64,000 nt of DNA from NCBI GenBank assembly GCA_965222265.1, contig CBDCTP010000003.1:2246280-2310279 (forward strand). The letters run 5' to 3'. The first letter of the stretch is position 1; every line of letters starts with the position of its first letter. This document shows, piece after piece, positions 38,147-48,637 of the stretch. The DNA is from Vicinamibacterales bacterium (GTDB taxonomy: Bacteria > Acidobacteriota > Vicinamibacteria > Vicinamibacterales > UBA8438). Below the pieces are notes generated by a model. It was not told the origin of the DNA, made no database searches, and worked only from the letters and a program-made list of their open reading frames with translations. A program made the position numbers and the translations under genes.

Positions 38147-38929
38147 CTAGCGGCTGCGCTGCAGGTTGCGGAGCGAGAAGAAGGAGCGCTCGAGGTCGAC
38201 GTCGAACTCGAGCTCGTCGTAGCGGACGGTCGTCCGCTCGTCGGGCTTGTCCGCCGGGTACATGTCCATGACGGCGGGCACCAGGCGGCCGCCGAACTCG
38301 GTGAACTCGCCGTACTCCATGGTCCGCGCCAGCTCGCCGTCCTCGTCGTAGAACTTCGCCCACAGCGGTATGTCGTCACGCTGCCGGATGCGGTACTCGA
38401 TGTGCCCCCACACCACGGCGGCCTCCGGCTTCGGCGTGAGGCGGAACTCCCAGACCGCGACGCCGTCGGGATCGTCGCCGTCGAACGTGAGCCCGATGTC
38501 GTAGTCCTCGATGAGCCGGGTCTCCTTCACCAGGTCGTCGTTGGTGAAGTGCGAGCCCATCCACGACCCGCCCATCATCGACGCCGGGATCTTGATGGTC
38601 CGGTCGACCTTCGGGAGGTAGTTCCAGATGTCGTCCTCGGCCTTGAGCGTGGCCGTCCCGGCCTCGCGCTGCGGCGCGCGCAGGCGGACCAGCGAGTAGT
38701 CGGTGCCGAGCGACCAGATCTCCATGGTCATCCGGCGTTCCCAGTGCTCGGTCACCACCTCCATGCTGGCGATGCCCACGCTCGAATCGCCGCGCAGCAG
38801 CCGGTCGACGCGATCGATGATCGCCAGCGCGTCCACCTGGGCCGCCGCCGGCGCCGCCGGCGCCAGCGCGGCGGTCGCGGCCGCGATGAGAAGAACGGGC
38901 AGACGCATCGGCAATCGCTGCATGAACAC
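38147..38929 (-). CDS. outer-membrane lipoprotein-sorting (LolA-like) protein
   Basis: Signal peptide, then SMEVVTEHWERRMTMEIWSLGTDYSLVRL, DIWNYLPKVDRTIKIPASMMGGSWMGSHFTNDDL. Confidence 0.75.
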   Translation of the reverse strand: MFMQRLPMRLPVLLIAAATAALAPAAPAAAQVDALAIIDRVDRLLRGDSSVGIASMEVVTEHWERRMTMEIWSLGTDYSLVRLRAPQREAGTATLKAEDDIWNYLPKVDRTIKIPASMMGGSWMGSHFTNDDLVKETRLIEDYDIGLTFDGDDPDGVAVWEFRLTPKPEAAVVWGHIEYRIRQRDDIPLWAKFYDEDGELARTMEYGEFTEFGGRLVPAVMDMYPADKPDERTTVRYDELEFDVDLERSFFSLRNLQRSR

Positions 38930-38982
38930 CCCCAGCTTCCTCTAGTGTACCCGTTAGCGGTCCGCGCCGTACAGCGGCACCC

Positions 38983-39088
38983 ACTCGGCAAGGCGCGCAC
39001 GGCGCGCCTCGGCGGGAGCGGCGCGGGGCTGCGGGGTCCCCGCAAGCGGACGCCGGGGGTTCGGGGCGCAACCCCGTCTGATAGAAGC
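38983..39088 (+). repeat. structured intergenic repeat, copy E
   Basis: actcggcaaggcgcgcacggcgcgcctcggcggg...ggggcgcaaccccgtctgatagaagc. It ends 11 nt before the pstC ATG. Confidence 0.95.
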
Positions 39089-39099
39089 CAGCTGCTATC

Positions 39100-40026
39100 A
39101 TGACCCATCCGGTCCCCGTTCTCCGGCTTGCAGCGATGCGACGCGTCACTCGAATCGATCCCGAGCGCGGGATCGCGCGCGTGCTCTTCTCGTGCGCCTG
39201 CCTGTCGCTGCTGGTCACTGCCGCGCTGCTGCTGATCCTGCTGCTCGAGACGGCGGAGCTCCTCCGCCGCGTCCCGCCGCTGGAGCTGCTGATCGGCGCC
39301 GCCGGGGCGCCCGCCGCCGCCGGCGGGCAGCCCGGGGTGCTGCCCCTCGTCGCGGGCACGCTGCTGGTGGCGCTCGCGGCCCTGGCGGTGGCGCTGCCGG
39401 CGGGCCTGCTGAGCGCGGTCTACGTGAGCGAGTACGCCCCGGCGGCCGTGCGCCGCGCGGTCGCGCCGCTGCTCGCGCTGCTGGCCGCCGTGCCGACCGT
39501 CGCCTACGGCTACTTCGCGCTGCGTTTCGTCACCCCGCTGCTGCAGGGCTTCGTCCCGGGGCTGGCGGACGCGAACGCGCTCAGCCCGGGCCTCGTCGCG
39601 GGCGTGATGATCCTGCCGATGGTGACGGCGCTCACGCTGGATGCGCTGCAGGGCGTGCCGCGCGGCCTGCGCGAGGCGGCCCGGGCCCTCGGCGCGACCC
39701 GCGCGCAGGCCGTGCTGCGGGTCGTGCTGCCGGCGGCCGGCGCCGGCATTGCGGCGGCCGTCGTGCTGGCCGCCGCGCGGGCCGTCGGCGAGACGATGAT
39801 CGTCGCCATCGCCGCGGGCGGGCAGCCGCGTCTCACGGCGAACCCGCTGGCGCCGGTCGAGACCCTGGCCGCGTACATCGTGCACGCGGCCGGCGGCGCG
39901 GCGCCGCCCGGCGCCCTCGATCAGCAGGCGATCTTCGCCGTCGGCCTGTTGCTCTTCGCCGGCACGTTCGGGCTGAACCTGATCGGCCACCGGCTGCGCC
40001 GGCGGGGCGGGGAGGCGCCCCGGTGA
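39100..40026 (+). CDS. pstC: phosphate ABC transporter permease PstC
   Basis: [43 protein letters not shown]. Start uncertain (no RBS; alternative ATG at 39136). Confidence 0.87.
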   Translation: MTHPVPVLRLAAMRRVTRIDPERGIARVLFSCACLSLLVTAALLLILLLETAELLRRVPPLELLIGAAGAPAAAGGQPGVLPLVAGTLLVALAALAVALPAGLLSAVYVSEYAPAAVRRAVAPLLALLAAVPTVAYGYFALRFVTPLLQGFVPGLADANALSPGLVAGVMILPMVTALTLDALQGVPRGLREAARALGATRAQAVLRVVLPAAGAGIAAAVVLAAARAVGETMIVAIAAGGQPRLTANPLAPVETLAAYIVHAAGGAAPPGALDQQAIFAVGLLLFAGTFGLNLIGHRLRRRGGEAPR

Positions 40027-40853
40027 GCCACGGCCGGCCGGGCGCCCGGGCCGTGGACCGGCTGCTGCACGCGGCCGGCCTGGCCGTCACGCTGGGCGGC
40101 GTGGCGGTGCTGGGCGCGCTGCTCGCGGCCGTGGCGGCCGACGCCTTCGATGGTCTCTCGCGGCACTGGCCGCCCGGCCTCGCGCGCGCCCTGATCGGGA
40201 GCGTGTCGATGGTCGGGCTGGCCGGCTGCCTGGCGGTCCCGATCGGGATCGGCGCGGCGGTCTACCTCGAGGAGTACGCGCCGCGAGACAGGCTGACGCG
40301 CCTCATCGAGATCAACATCGCCAGCCTGGCCGGGGTGCCGGCGGTGGTCTACGGCCTGCTCGGCCTGGCCGTGTTCGTCCGCGCGCTGGGGCTCGGCCGC
40401 AGCCTCGCCGCGGGCGCGGCGACGCTCGCGCTGATCGTTCTGCCGGCCGTCATCCTGTCGACGCGGGCGGCGCTGCGGGCGGTGCCGCCGTCGCTGCGCG
40501 ACGCGTCCCACGCCCTCGGCGCCACCCGCTGGCAGACGATCCGGCACCAGGTGCTGCCGGCCGCGCTGCCCGGCACGCTGGCCGGTCTGGTCCTCGCGCT
40601 CGCGCGCGCGCTCGGGGAGGCCGCCCCGCTGATCGTGCTCGGCGCGCTGGGGTCGCTGCCCGCGCCCGCGGCCGGCGTCGACGGGGCGATTCCGGCCCTG
40701 CCGGTGCGCATCTTCGACTGGCTGTCCCGCCCGGAGTCCGAGTTCCTTCGCAACGCGGCAGCCGCTATTATTGTGCTGCTGGTGCTCGTGCTGCTGCTGA
40801 GCGGTCTGGCGGCCTGGATGCGAGACCGCTGGAGGGTTGCGGGATCCTGGTGA
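40023..40853 (+). CDS. pstA: phosphate ABC transporter permease PstA
   Basis: GTG overlaps the pstC stop. [49 protein letters not shown]. Confidence 0.87.
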   Translation: MSHGRPGARAVDRLLHAAGLAVTLGGVAVLGALLAAVAADAFDGLSRHWPPGLARALIGSVSMVGLAGCLAVPIGIGAAVYLEEYAPRDRLTRLIEINIASLAGVPAVVYGLLGLAVFVRALGLGRSLAAGAATLALIVLPAVILSTRAALRAVPPSLRDASHALGATRWQTIRHQVLPAALPGTLAGLVLALARALGEAAPLIVLGALGSLPAPAAGVDGAIPALPVRIFDWLSRPESEFLRNAAAAIIVLLVLVLLLSGLAAWMRDRWRVAGSW

Positions 40854-41686
40854 CCATACCGGCGACACGCGCGCAAGCATCGCCGTCCGCCGTTGCCGCC
40901 GACCGGCAGCCGCCGCCGGCGCAGCCCGCCGCGCCGAAGGTCGAGGTGCGGGGCCTCAGCGTCCACTACGGCGCGACCCGGGCGCTCGACGACGTGTCGC
41001 TGGACATCCCGCCCGCGCGGGTGACGGCGCTGGTGGGGCCGTCCGGCTGCGGCAAGAGCGCCTTCCTGCGCACGCTGAACCGGATGAACGACATCGTCCC
41101 CGGCGCGCGGGTCGAGGGGCGGGTCGCGATCGACGGCCGGGACGTCCATGCCCCGGGCGTGGACGTGGCGGCCGTGCGGCGCCTGGCCGGCATGATCTTC
41201 CGGAAGGCGAACCCGTTTCCGAAATCGATCTTCGCGAACGTGGCGTACGGGCTGCGCGTCGGCGGGCTGGCGGCCGGGCGCGGCGAGCTCGAGGCCCGCG
41301 TCGAGGCCAGCCTGCAGGCTGCGGGCCTGTGGGACGAGGTGAAGGACCGCCTCGAGGCCTCGGCCCTCACGCTCTCGGGGGGGCAGCAACAGCGGCTGTG
41401 CATCGCCCGGGCGCTGGCCGTGCGCCCGGAGATCCTGCTGCTCGACGAGCCGGCCGCCGCGCTCGACCCGATCGGCACCCGGCGGCTGGAGGAGCTGATC
41501 CACCGGCTCAAGTCCACGTATACGATCGTGATCGTGACCCACGACATGCAGCAGGCGGCGCGGATCTCGGACCGCACCGCGGTCTTCTGGCTCGGCCGGC
41601 TCGTGGAGTACGATCGCACCGACCGCATCTTCACCGCCCCTTCGCAGCGGATCACCGAGGACTACGTCACCGGGCGGTTCGGGTAG
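40850..41686 (+). CDS. pstB: phosphate ABC transporter ATP-binding protein PstB
   Basis: [64 protein letters not shown]. Confidence 0.93.
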   Translation: MTIPATRAQASPSAVAADRQPPPAQPAAPKVEVRGLSVHYGATRALDDVSLDIPPARVTALVGPSGCGKSAFLRTLNRMNDIVPGARVEGRVAIDGRDVHAPGVDVAAVRRLAGMIFRKANPFPKSIFANVAYGLRVGGLAAGRGELEARVEASLQAAGLWDEVKDRLEASALTLSGGQQQRLCIARALAVRPEILLLDEPAAALDPIGTRRLEELIHRLKSTYTIVIVTHDMQQAARISDRTAVFWLGRLVEYDRTDRIFTAPSQRITEDYVTGRFG

Positions 41687-41707
41687 GAGTCTGCGCCGTA
41701 GAATGAT

Positions 41708-41747
41708 GCAGACTCCGCAAGCGGGCGCAGCCCCGTCTGAAGGAAGC
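41708..41747 (+). repeat. structured intergenic repeat, 40-bp mini-derivative (copy M)
   Basis: gcagactccgcaagcgggcgcagccccgtctgaaggaagc. This is the repeat 5' end joined to its 3' end at the internal CCGCAAG direct repeat. Confidence 0.75.
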
Positions 41748-41780
41748 GCGGTTCGGGTAGCCGGGCGGGAGAGCAGCAGC

Positions 41781-42470
41781 GTGGAGCCGGCGTACAGGAT
41801 CGTCCCGCACCTGCAGGATGAGCTCGATCAGCTCAAGGCGCGCCTGCTCGTCATGGGCGGCGAGGCGGAGGAGCGCGTGCGGTCGGCGGTCCGCGCCCTC
41901 GTGGAGCGCAACCGCGAGCTGGCCGAGCGCGTCCTCGAGGACGACGATCAGATCAACGACCTCGATCTCGAGATCGACGAGCGCTGCTTCAAGCTGCTCG
42001 CGTTGCGGCAGCCGGTGGCGACCGATCTGCGCGTCATCGTCGCGGGCGTCAAGATTAACAGCAACCTGGAGCGGGTCGGCGACTTCGCGGTGAACATCGC
42101 GGAGGCCGGGCTGCGCTACATGGAGCATCCGCCGGTCAAGCCGCTGATCGACATTCCGCGCATGGCCGACATCGCGCAGGGCATGCTGCGGGACGCGCTC
42201 GACGCCTACGTCGTGCTCGACACCGCGCGGGCCCGGGTGGTGCTCGGCCGCGACGACGAGCTCGACGCGCTCAAGGGGCAGGTGTTTCGCGAGTTGCTCA
42301 GCTTCATCCTCGAGAACCCGGCCAAGACGGAGCCGGCGCTCGACCTCATCCTGATCTCCCGGCACCTGGAGCGGATCGGCGACCATGCCACGAACATCGC
42401 CGAGGAGGTCATCTTCATCGTCTCGGGCCGCGACGTCCGGCATCACGCACAGGAGGGGAGCGCTGACTAG
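41781..42470 (+). CDS. phoU: phosphate signalling regulator PhoU
   Basis: HLQDELDQLKARLLVMGG, LALRQPVATDLR, NLERVGDFAVNIAE, HLERIGDHATNIAE. The GTG at 41781 is preferred because the longer ORF start would read through the mini-repeat. Confidence 0.87.
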   Translation: MEPAYRIVPHLQDELDQLKARLLVMGGEAEERVRSAVRALVERNRELAERVLEDDDQINDLDLEIDERCFKLLALRQPVATDLRVIVAGVKINSNLERVGDFAVNIAEAGLRYMEHPPVKPLIDIPRMADIAQGMLRDALDAYVVLDTARARVVLGRDDELDALKGQVFRELLSFILENPAKTEPALDLILISRHLERIGDHATNIAEEVIFIVSGRDVRHHAQEGSAD

Positions 42471-43182
42471 CGGGGCCGCGACGAGGGTGCTCGTGGTCGA
42501 GGACGACCACGACATCGCCGAGCTGGTGGCGCACTACCTGCAGCGGGCCGGCTACCTGACGGAGGTGCTCAACTCCGGCAGCGACGTGCTGCCGCACGTG
42601 CGGCAGCAGGTGCCCGACCTGGTGCTGCTCGACCTGATGCTGCCCGGCCTGAACGGGCTCGAGATCTGCCGGGCCATGCGGTCCGAGCCGACCCTCGCGG
42701 CCATCCCGATCATCATGCTGACGGCCAAGTCGGAGGAAGCCGACCGGATCGTCGGCCTCGAGCTGGGCGGCGACGACTACGTGACCAAGCCGTTCAGCCC
42801 GAAGGAGCTGGTGGCGCGGGTCGGGGCGGTGCTGCGCCGGGCCGGCCGGTCGCGGTCCGGCCAGCGCCGGCTGCGCTTCGGCGACGTGCTGATCGACGCG
42901 GAGCAGCACGTGGTCACCGTGGACGGCGAGGAGGTGCGGCTCACGGCCAAGGAGTACCTGCTGCTCAAGTACCTCGTGGAGCACCCGGGCCGGGTCCTGT
43001 CGCGCGATCTGCTGCTCTCCGACGTGTGGGGGTACCGCTACACGGGCGGCACCCGCACCGTCGACGTGCACATTCGCCGCCTGCGCGAGAAGGTGCCGGT
43101 GCTGCGCGACGCCATCGTGACGATCAAGCAGTTCGGATACAAGCTGCTGGAGTCGCCGGCCCCGCCGACCCGCCGGCCATGA
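42463..43182 (+). CDS. phoB: OmpR/PhoB-family response regulator
   Basis: [43 protein letters not shown], and a winged helix [25 protein letters not shown]...[11 protein letters not shown]. Start uncertain: the CTG at 42463 lies 6 nt after AGGAGG; the alternative is GTG at 42487. Confidence 0.83.
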   Translation: MTSGAATRVLVVEDDHDIAELVAHYLQRAGYLTEVLNSGSDVLPHVRQQVPDLVLLDLMLPGLNGLEICRAMRSEPTLAAIPIIMLTAKSEEADRIVGLELGGDDYVTKPFSPKELVARVGAVLRRAGRSRSGQRRLRFGDVLIDAEQHVVTVDGEEVRLTAKEYLLLKYLVEHPGRVLSRDLLLSDVWGYRYTGGTRTVDVHIRRLREKVPVLRDAIVTIKQFGYKLLESPAPPTRRP

Positions 43183-45020
43183 AGCTGCGCACGCGGCTGT
43201 TCGCCGCGGTCCTGGGCATCGCGACGGTCAGCCTGCTGCTGGCCGGCACGCTCGTCTCGCTGTCGTCGCAGCGCCAGCTGCTCGAGCGCATCGAGCGCGA
43301 GCTGGTGGCCCAGACGCGGCTCGTCGCCGAGCTGGTCGCCCGGCGCGAGGCCGCCCCCACGCTGGCGGAGCTCGACGGCGAGGCCGACGCGCTCGGCCGC
43401 GAGCTCGGCGCCCGCGTGACGCTCATCGCGCCCGACGGCCGGGTCGTGGGCGATTCGGCCGAGGACGGCGCAGGCCTCGCGGCGATGGAGAATCACGGCA
43501 CGCGCCCCGAGATTCGCATCGCGCGCGAGCGGGGCGTGGGCGTCACCCGCCGCTTCAGCACGACCGTCGAGCGCGACTTCCTGTACGCGGCCCTGCCGGT
43601 GGAGCACGCCGCGGTGGGCTACGCCCGCCTGGCCCTGCCGCTGACCGCGATCGACGAGCAGCTGGCCTCCGTGCGGCGGGCCACCGCCATCGGGATCTTC
43701 CTGGCCCTGGTCGGCGCGCTGGTGCTGGCGTGGGTGACCTCGACCGCCATGAGCCGGCGTGTCCGCGCGATTGCCGCCGTGGCGCGCCGCTACGCCGAGG
43801 GCGACCTGAGCCGCCCGCTGCGCGGCTACGGCAACGACGAGATCGGCACGGTCGCGCGCGCGCTCGACGCGTCGGTGCACGAGCTGGGCAGCCGGCTCGA
43901 CGAGCTGTCGCGGCATCGGGTGCTCACCGACGCCATCCTGTCGAGCATGGCCGAGGGCGTGGTCGTCGTCGACGCCGGCGGCCACGTCAGGATGGCGAAC
44001 GACGCCGTGCGCGCGATGCTGGCGTTCGGCACCTCGCCGGTGGGCCGGCACTACATCGAGCTGATCCGGCATCCGGAGATCGCGGGCCAGATCGCTCGCG
44101 CGCTGGACGACGGCGAGTCGATGCGGCGCGAGGTCAGCCTGAACACCGAGCCGCCCAAGGTGCTGCTCGCCAGCACGGCCGCCCTCGTCCCGGCCGAGGA
44201 CGACGCCGGCCGCCAGGGCGCGGCGATGGTCCTGCACGACATGACCGAGTTCCGGCGCGCGGAACAGGTGCGCCAGGACTTCGTCGCCAACGTCTCGCAC
44301 GAGCTGCGCACGCCGCTGACCGCCGTCCGCGCCGCGGTCGACGCCCTGCTCGACGGCAGCGCGCCCGCCGGCGACCCGCGCTTCCTGGACATCATCGCCA
44401 GGCACACGGTGCGGATGGATCGCCTGGTCGGCGATCTGCTGCGGCTGGCCAGGCTGGACGCCGGCCAGGAGACGCTGAGCCTGATGCCCTGCGCGACCGA
44501 GGCGGTGTTCGCGGCGGCCCGGACCGAGCTGGCCCCGCTGCTGCAGGAGAAGGGGATGCGCGTCGACACGCGCATCGAGCCGGCAGCGGCCACGATCACC
44601 GCCGATCCGTCCAAGCTGCACGACATCCTGAAGAATCTGCTGGAGAACGCCGCCCGCTACGCCCCCGCCGCCAGCACGGTCACGTTGCGCATCGGCGCGG
44701 CGGACGGCGAGGTCGTGCTGACGGTCGAGGACCGTGGTCCGGGCATCCCGGACACCGACCTGACGCGCGTCTTCGAGCGCTTCTACCGCGTCGATCGCTC
44801 GCGGGCGCGCGATCCCGGCGGGACGGGGCTCGGGCTGGCCATCGTCAAGCACCTGGCCGGCCTGCACGGCGGCACGGCCGCCGCCGCCAACCGGCCCGGC
44901 GGGGGCGCGCTCTTCAGCATCTGCCTGCCGCGGCGGGAGCCGCCGCGGTCGGCACGGCCGGCACGGCCGGCACGGCCAGCCGCCGCGGCCGTGCCGGCGG
45001 CGGCCGCGGCGGCTCGCTGA
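43179..45020 (+). CDS. phoR: PhoR-type sensor histidine kinase
   Basis: The ATG overlaps the phoB stop. TM-periplasmic-TM, HAMP, PAS, H-box [18 protein letters not shown] boxes [10 protein letters not shown] and DRGPGIP...[12 protein letters not shown]. Confidence 0.85.
   Translation: MKLRTRLFAAVLGIATVSLLLAGTLVSLSSQRQLLERIERELVAQTRLVAELVARREAAPTLAELDGEADALGRELGARVTLIAPDGRVVGDSAEDGAGLAAMENHGTRPEIRIARERGVGVTRRFSTTVERDFLYAALPVEHAAVGYARLALPLTAIDEQLASVRRATAIGIFLALVGALVLAWVTSTAMSRRVRAIAAVARRYAEGDLSRPLRGYGNDEIGTVARALDASVHELGSRLDELSRHRVLTDAILSSMAEGVVVVDAGGHVRMANDAVRAMLAFGTSPVGRHYIELIRHPEIAGQIARALDDGESMRREVSLNTEPPKVLLASTAALVPAEDDAGRQGAAMVLHDMTEFRRAEQVRQDFVANVSHELRTPLTAVRAAVDALLDGSAPAGDPRFLDIIARHTVRMDRLVGDLLRLARLDAGQETLSLMPCATEAVFAAARTELAPLLQEKGMRVDTRIEPAAATITADPSKLHDILKNLLENAARYAPAASTVTLRIGAADGEVVLTVEDRGPGIPDTDLTRVFERFYRVDRSRARDPGGTGLGLAIVKHLAGLHGGTAAAANRPGGGALFSICLPRREPPRSARPARPARPAAAAVPAAAAAAR
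44951..44977 (+). repeat. in-frame 9-bp x3 tandem repeat (cggcacggc) at the phoR 3' end
   Basis: Read directly. It encodes ARPARPARP. An inverted copy ggccgtgccg at 44988-44997 can pair with 44969-44978. Confidence 0.9.
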
Positions 45021-45072
45021 GCGTCAATCAGACGGGGCTGCGCCCCGCACCCCCGGCGTCCGCTTGCGGGGG
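45021..45072 (-). repeat. structured intergenic repeat, half copy F
   Basis: gcgtcaatcagacggggctgcgccccgcacccccggcgtccgcttgcggggg. It starts directly after the phoR stop and lacks the H1 half. Confidence 0.85.
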
Positions 45073-45079
45073 CCCGTTG

Positions 45080-45676
45080 TCAGCGCACCCGCAGCGCGGT
45101 CTCGAGGAAGCCGCGCAGCGCCCGGAACGCCTGGCCGCGGTGGCTGACCGCGGCCTTCTCGGCCGGCGCCAGCTCGGCCAGCGTGCGCCCGTGCGGCGGG
45201 TAGAAGAAGATCGGGTCGTACCCGAACCCGCCGCCGCCGGCCGGCTCGGGCGCGATGCGTCCCTCGACGACCCCGCGGGCCTCGAAGACGATGCGCCCGC
45301 CGTCGGCCACGGCCAGCGCGCAGACGAAGCGCGCGGGGCTCCCGCCGCCGCCGCCGCGCGCGCGCAGGAGCTCGTAGATGGCGGCGAACTTCTCCGGGTA
45401 GCTCGCGCCGTTGAAGCGGGCCGAGCGCACGCCCGGCGCGCCGTCGAGCGCGTCGATCTCGAGCCCCGAATCGTCGGCCACCGCGCGCAGTCCGCTGCGG
45501 CCGGCGTAGTAGGCCGCCTTCAGGCGCGCGTTCGCCGCGAACGTCGTCCCGGTCTCCTCCGGCGCGCCGAGCGCGGGGTGCGCCGCCAGGGTCTCGATGC
45601 GGACCGGGAGGCCCGCCAGCAGCGCCCGGATCTCGGCCAGCTTGTGCGGGTTCGTGGTGGCGGCGAGCAGGTTCAT
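45080..45676 (-). CDS. rdgB: dITP/XTP pyrophosphatase (RdgB/HAM1)
   Basis: [60 protein letters not shown]. Confidence 0.9.
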   Translation of the reverse strand: MNLLAATTNPHKLAEIRALLAGLPVRIETLAAHPALGAPEETGTTFAANARLKAAYYAGRSGLRAVADDSGLEIDALDGAPGVRSARFNGASYPEKFAAIYELLRARGGGGGSPARFVCALAVADGGRIVFEARGVVEGRIAPEPAGGGGFGYDPIFFYPPHGRTLAELAPAEKAAVSHRGQAFRALRGFLETALRVR

Positions 45677-46440
45677 CCGCGGCGCGGGCTCAGGACCGCG
45701 CCGACGACGTCGCGCTGGTGGCCGACCAGCCGGGCGATGGCGTCGTCCGCGAGGCGCAGGAGCTCGCTGAGCGCGCCGTGTCCGAACGGCGCCCCCTCGG
45801 CCGTGCCCTGGACCTCGATGAAGCGGCCGTTGCCGGTCTTGACGACGTTCATGTCGACGTCGGCCGCCGCGTCCTCCGCGTACGCGAGGTCGACCACCGG
45901 CATCCCGCCCACGATGCCGACGCTGATGGCCGCGACGTAGTCGTCGACGGGGATCGCCTTGAGCGTGCCGGCCTGCCGCAGCTTGTCGAGGGCCAGCGTG
46001 AGCGCGACGAACCCGCCGGTGATCGACGCCGTGCGCGTGCCGCCGTCGGCCTGGATGACGTCGCAGTCGACCCAGATGGTGCGCTCGCCGAGCTCGGCGA
46101 GCCGGGTGACCGCGCGCAGCGAGCGGCCGATGAGCCGCTGGATCTCCTGCGTCCGGCCGCCGGGCCGGCCGGCCGCGGCCTCGCGCGTGTTGCGCGTCGA
46201 CGTGGCGCGCGGCAGCATGCCGTACTCCGCGGTGACCCAGCCCTTGCCGCTGCCGCGCAGGAACGGCGGAACCCGGTCCTCGACGCTGGCCGTGCAGATG
46301 ATGCGGGTGTTCCCGGCCTCGATGAGCACGGACCCCTCCGCGTGCATCGAGCAGTGGGGGGTCAGCTGCAGCGGCCGCATATCGGTCGGGCCGCGTTGGT
46401 CGGTGCGCCCCCGTTCGGGCGAGGCTGGCGAGACGGTCAT
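45673..46440 (-). CDS. rph: ribonuclease PH
   Basis: [71 protein letters not shown]. The stop overlaps the rdgB ATG. Confidence 0.92.
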   Translation of the reverse strand: MTVSPASPERGRTDQRGPTDMRPLQLTPHCSMHAEGSVLIEAGNTRIICTASVEDRVPPFLRGSGKGWVTAEYGMLPRATSTRNTREAAAGRPGGRTQEIQRLIGRSLRAVTRLAELGERTIWVDCDVIQADGGTRTASITGGFVALTLALDKLRQAGTLKAIPVDDYVAAISVGIVGGMPVVDLAYAEDAAADVDMNVVKTGNGRFIEVQGTAEGAPFGHGALSELLRLADDAIARLVGHQRDVVGAVLSPRRG

Positions 46441-47045
46441 GACTGTCCGGCGGGCGCTTCCTGGTAGCCGGCGGCGGGCCCGATCCCGCCGACCCACTGC
46501 ATGCCGAGCCCGAGCGGCCGCCGCAGATCGACGTGGCCGGCCAGCGTGTCGACCTCGCGGCCCTCGATGAGGATCTGGACCGCCGCGATCTCCTGGACGT
46601 TGCTGACCAGCGCGTTGACCAGCGCGTAGACGGTGAACAGCTCGTCGAGCGAGCCGCCCGGGTGCGCGGCGGACACGTCCCGCGAGAGGTCGACGAACGC
46701 GTTCCCCTCGGCCGTCAGGTAGATGCCGCGCAGCCGGGTCCCGGCGGGAAACGCCGAGATCAACGGCAGGGCCGGCGGGGCCAGCTGGCGCTCGGCGACG
46801 ATCCGCGCGCGCGTCAGCGCGTCGCCCTCGGACGGGATCTCCACGGTGCGCGTGACGAGCGCGGTGCCGTCCTCCGCGACGTAGAAGAGGACCGCGGTGT
46901 TCGGTGTCGCGCCCGCCGGCGCGGTGCCGCCGCCGGCCCGCGGCGGCTCGTCCGGAGCGCGCGCCGCACGATCGAGCACGACGGTGACGGCGACCGCGAG
47001 GCCGATCGCCACGAGCGCCGCCACGATGCCCTTGAGCAGCGGCAT
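46437..47045 (-). CDS. GerMN domain-containing protein
   Basis: [22 protein letters not shown]...[39 protein letters not shown]. Confidence 0.75.
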   Translation of the reverse strand: MPLLKGIVAALVAIGLAVAVTVVLDRAARAPDEPPRAGGGTAPAGATPNTAVLFYVAEDGTALVTRTVEIPSEGDALTRARIVAERQLAPPALPLISAFPAGTRLRGIYLTAEGNAFVDLSRDVSAAHPGGSLDELFTVYALVNALVSNVQEIAAVQILIEGREVDTLAGHVDLRRPLGLGMQWVGGIGPAAGYQEAPAGQS

Positions 47046-47048
47046 GCG

Positions 47049-48602
47049 TCACCCACCCGGCAGCACGCCGGCCGGTTCCCCGCGCTCGAGCTCGAAGCCG
47101 AAGTGCTGGATGCTCGCGAGCAGCGCCTCGGCGACGGCGTTCCGGAACGGCGCGCCGGCGAGCCGGAGCTCGTTGTCCGGATCGGCCAGCGATCCGAGCT
47201 CGACGAGCACGGCCGGCATGTTGGCGCCCACGAGCACGCGGAACGGCGCCTGCTGCACGGGACGCGGGCTCATGACGACCCGTTGGCGCAGCTCGGCGTC
47301 GACGATGCCGGCCAGCAGCGCCGACCGGTCCACGTACAGGATCTGCGCCATCTCCCACAGCACCGGGTCGATCCGGCGGCTGCCGCCGCCGACCACGGGG
47401 ATCGGCTGGACGTCGAGGTCCGCGAGCGCCCGCGCCTCGGCGTCGTACTCGTCGATGCCGAGGTAGAACACCTCCGCGCCGGTGGCCGCCGGGCGGGTCG
47501 ATGCGTTCGCGTGCAGGCTGATGAACAGATCGGCGCCGTTGTTGTTCGCGATGGCGGCGCGCGCATCGAGGCCGACGGTCTCGTCGCGCTCGCGGGTGAG
47601 GATGACCCGCAGCCCGAGCCGGCTCTCGATCACGGCCCGCAGCCGCTGCGCCACGCCGAGCGTGATGTCCTTCTCCAGGGCGCCGTCGGGGCCCTGGCTG
47701 CCGGCGTCGTCGCCGCCGTGCCCGGGATCGATGGCGACGACGCGCGGGGCCGACCCGGCGGCGAAGTCGGGCAGCGGATCGACCGGCGCCGGCCCCGGCC
47801 GGGCGGCCGGGGCGGGGGCGGGTCCGGCATCCGCGGCGGCGCGGGCCGCCCGCAGCTCGATGCGGAGCGTGTCGCCGCCGCCCGGCCCCGGGTCGGTCGA
47901 GACGCTGTACGAATCGACGGCGGGGCCCAGATCGACCGCCAGGCTCGGGGCGTTCGCGACCCGGCCGAACCCGGTCGCCAGGGCGCCGTCGAGCCGCGGC
48001 CGGCGCACCAGGTCGATGTCGTCGGCCGCGAACGTCACGACCAGACGGCCGGCGCGCTCCTCGATGGTGTGCGGGGTGCTCGGCGTCACGTCCAGGCGCA
48101 GTTGGTCGCTGCCGCCGCCGGGCCGGTAGCGGGCCGCGACCTGCGGCACCCGCAGGCCGCCGACGATGAGCAGCCTGGACTGCCGGCGGTACTCCAGCGG
48201 CTGGCCGTGGACCGGGGCCAGCGCGCGCGTGAGGAAGTCGGGCGGCACCAGCCAGCGGTCGCGGACGCGGCGGGGCGGCGCGCGCAGCGACACGAGGCGT
48301 CCCTCGACGGAGAGGATCTGCTGATCGGGCGTCAGGATGATGACCGCGGCGCCGGCCGTGACCGACAGCGTGCCCGCGCGCGAGTCCTCGTCGAGACCGA
48401 GCCCGAACAGCCGGGCGAGGTCGTCGAGGGCGACCATCTCGCGCCCGTCGTGGTCGACGGTGGCGATGCGCCCCCGCCCGCCCGGCGCGATGACGGTGAT
48501 GCCGTCGGCGGCCGGCTGGAGGGCCGCGGCGCCCGGGAGCGCCGCAACGGCCGCCGCGAGGGCTGCGCTGGATACGAGGAGTGCGGAGAGGGAGCGTGCC
48601 AT
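47049..48602 (-). CDS. amiC: N-acetylmuramoyl-L-alanine amidase (AMIN domains plus Amidase_3)
   Basis: [54 protein letters not shown]. Confidence 0.85.
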   Translation of the reverse strand: MARSLSALLVSSAALAAAVAALPGAAALQPAADGITVIAPGGRGRIATVDHDGREMVALDDLARLFGLGLDEDSRAGTLSVTAGAAVIILTPDQQILSVEGRLVSLRAPPRRVRDRWLVPPDFLTRALAPVHGQPLEYRRQSRLLIVGGLRVPQVAARYRPGGGSDQLRLDVTPSTPHTIEERAGRLVVTFAADDIDLVRRPRLDGALATGFGRVANAPSLAVDLGPAVDSYSVSTDPGPGGGDTLRIELRAARAAADAGPAPAPAARPGPAPVDPLPDFAAGSAPRVVAIDPGHGGDDAGSQGPDGALEKDITLGVAQRLRAVIESRLGLRVILTRERDETVGLDARAAIANNNGADLFISLHANASTRPAATGAEVFYLGIDEYDAEARALADLDVQPIPVVGGGSRRIDPVLWEMAQILYVDRSALLAGIVDAELRQRVVMSPRPVQQAPFRVLVGANMPAVLVELGSLADPDNELRLAGAPFRNAVAEALLASIQHFGFELERGEPAGVLPGG

Positions 48603-48637
48603 CCTGTCGCGCCGCGCGCGCGGCGCGCCTCACGACG

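Noticed and set aside
38930-39099. Pho box upstream of pstC.
   Set aside because: I could not find CTGTCAT-like 7-bp direct repeats with 11-bp phasing by eye. The spacer is mostly repeat copy E. The absence of a site is reported as a finding instead.
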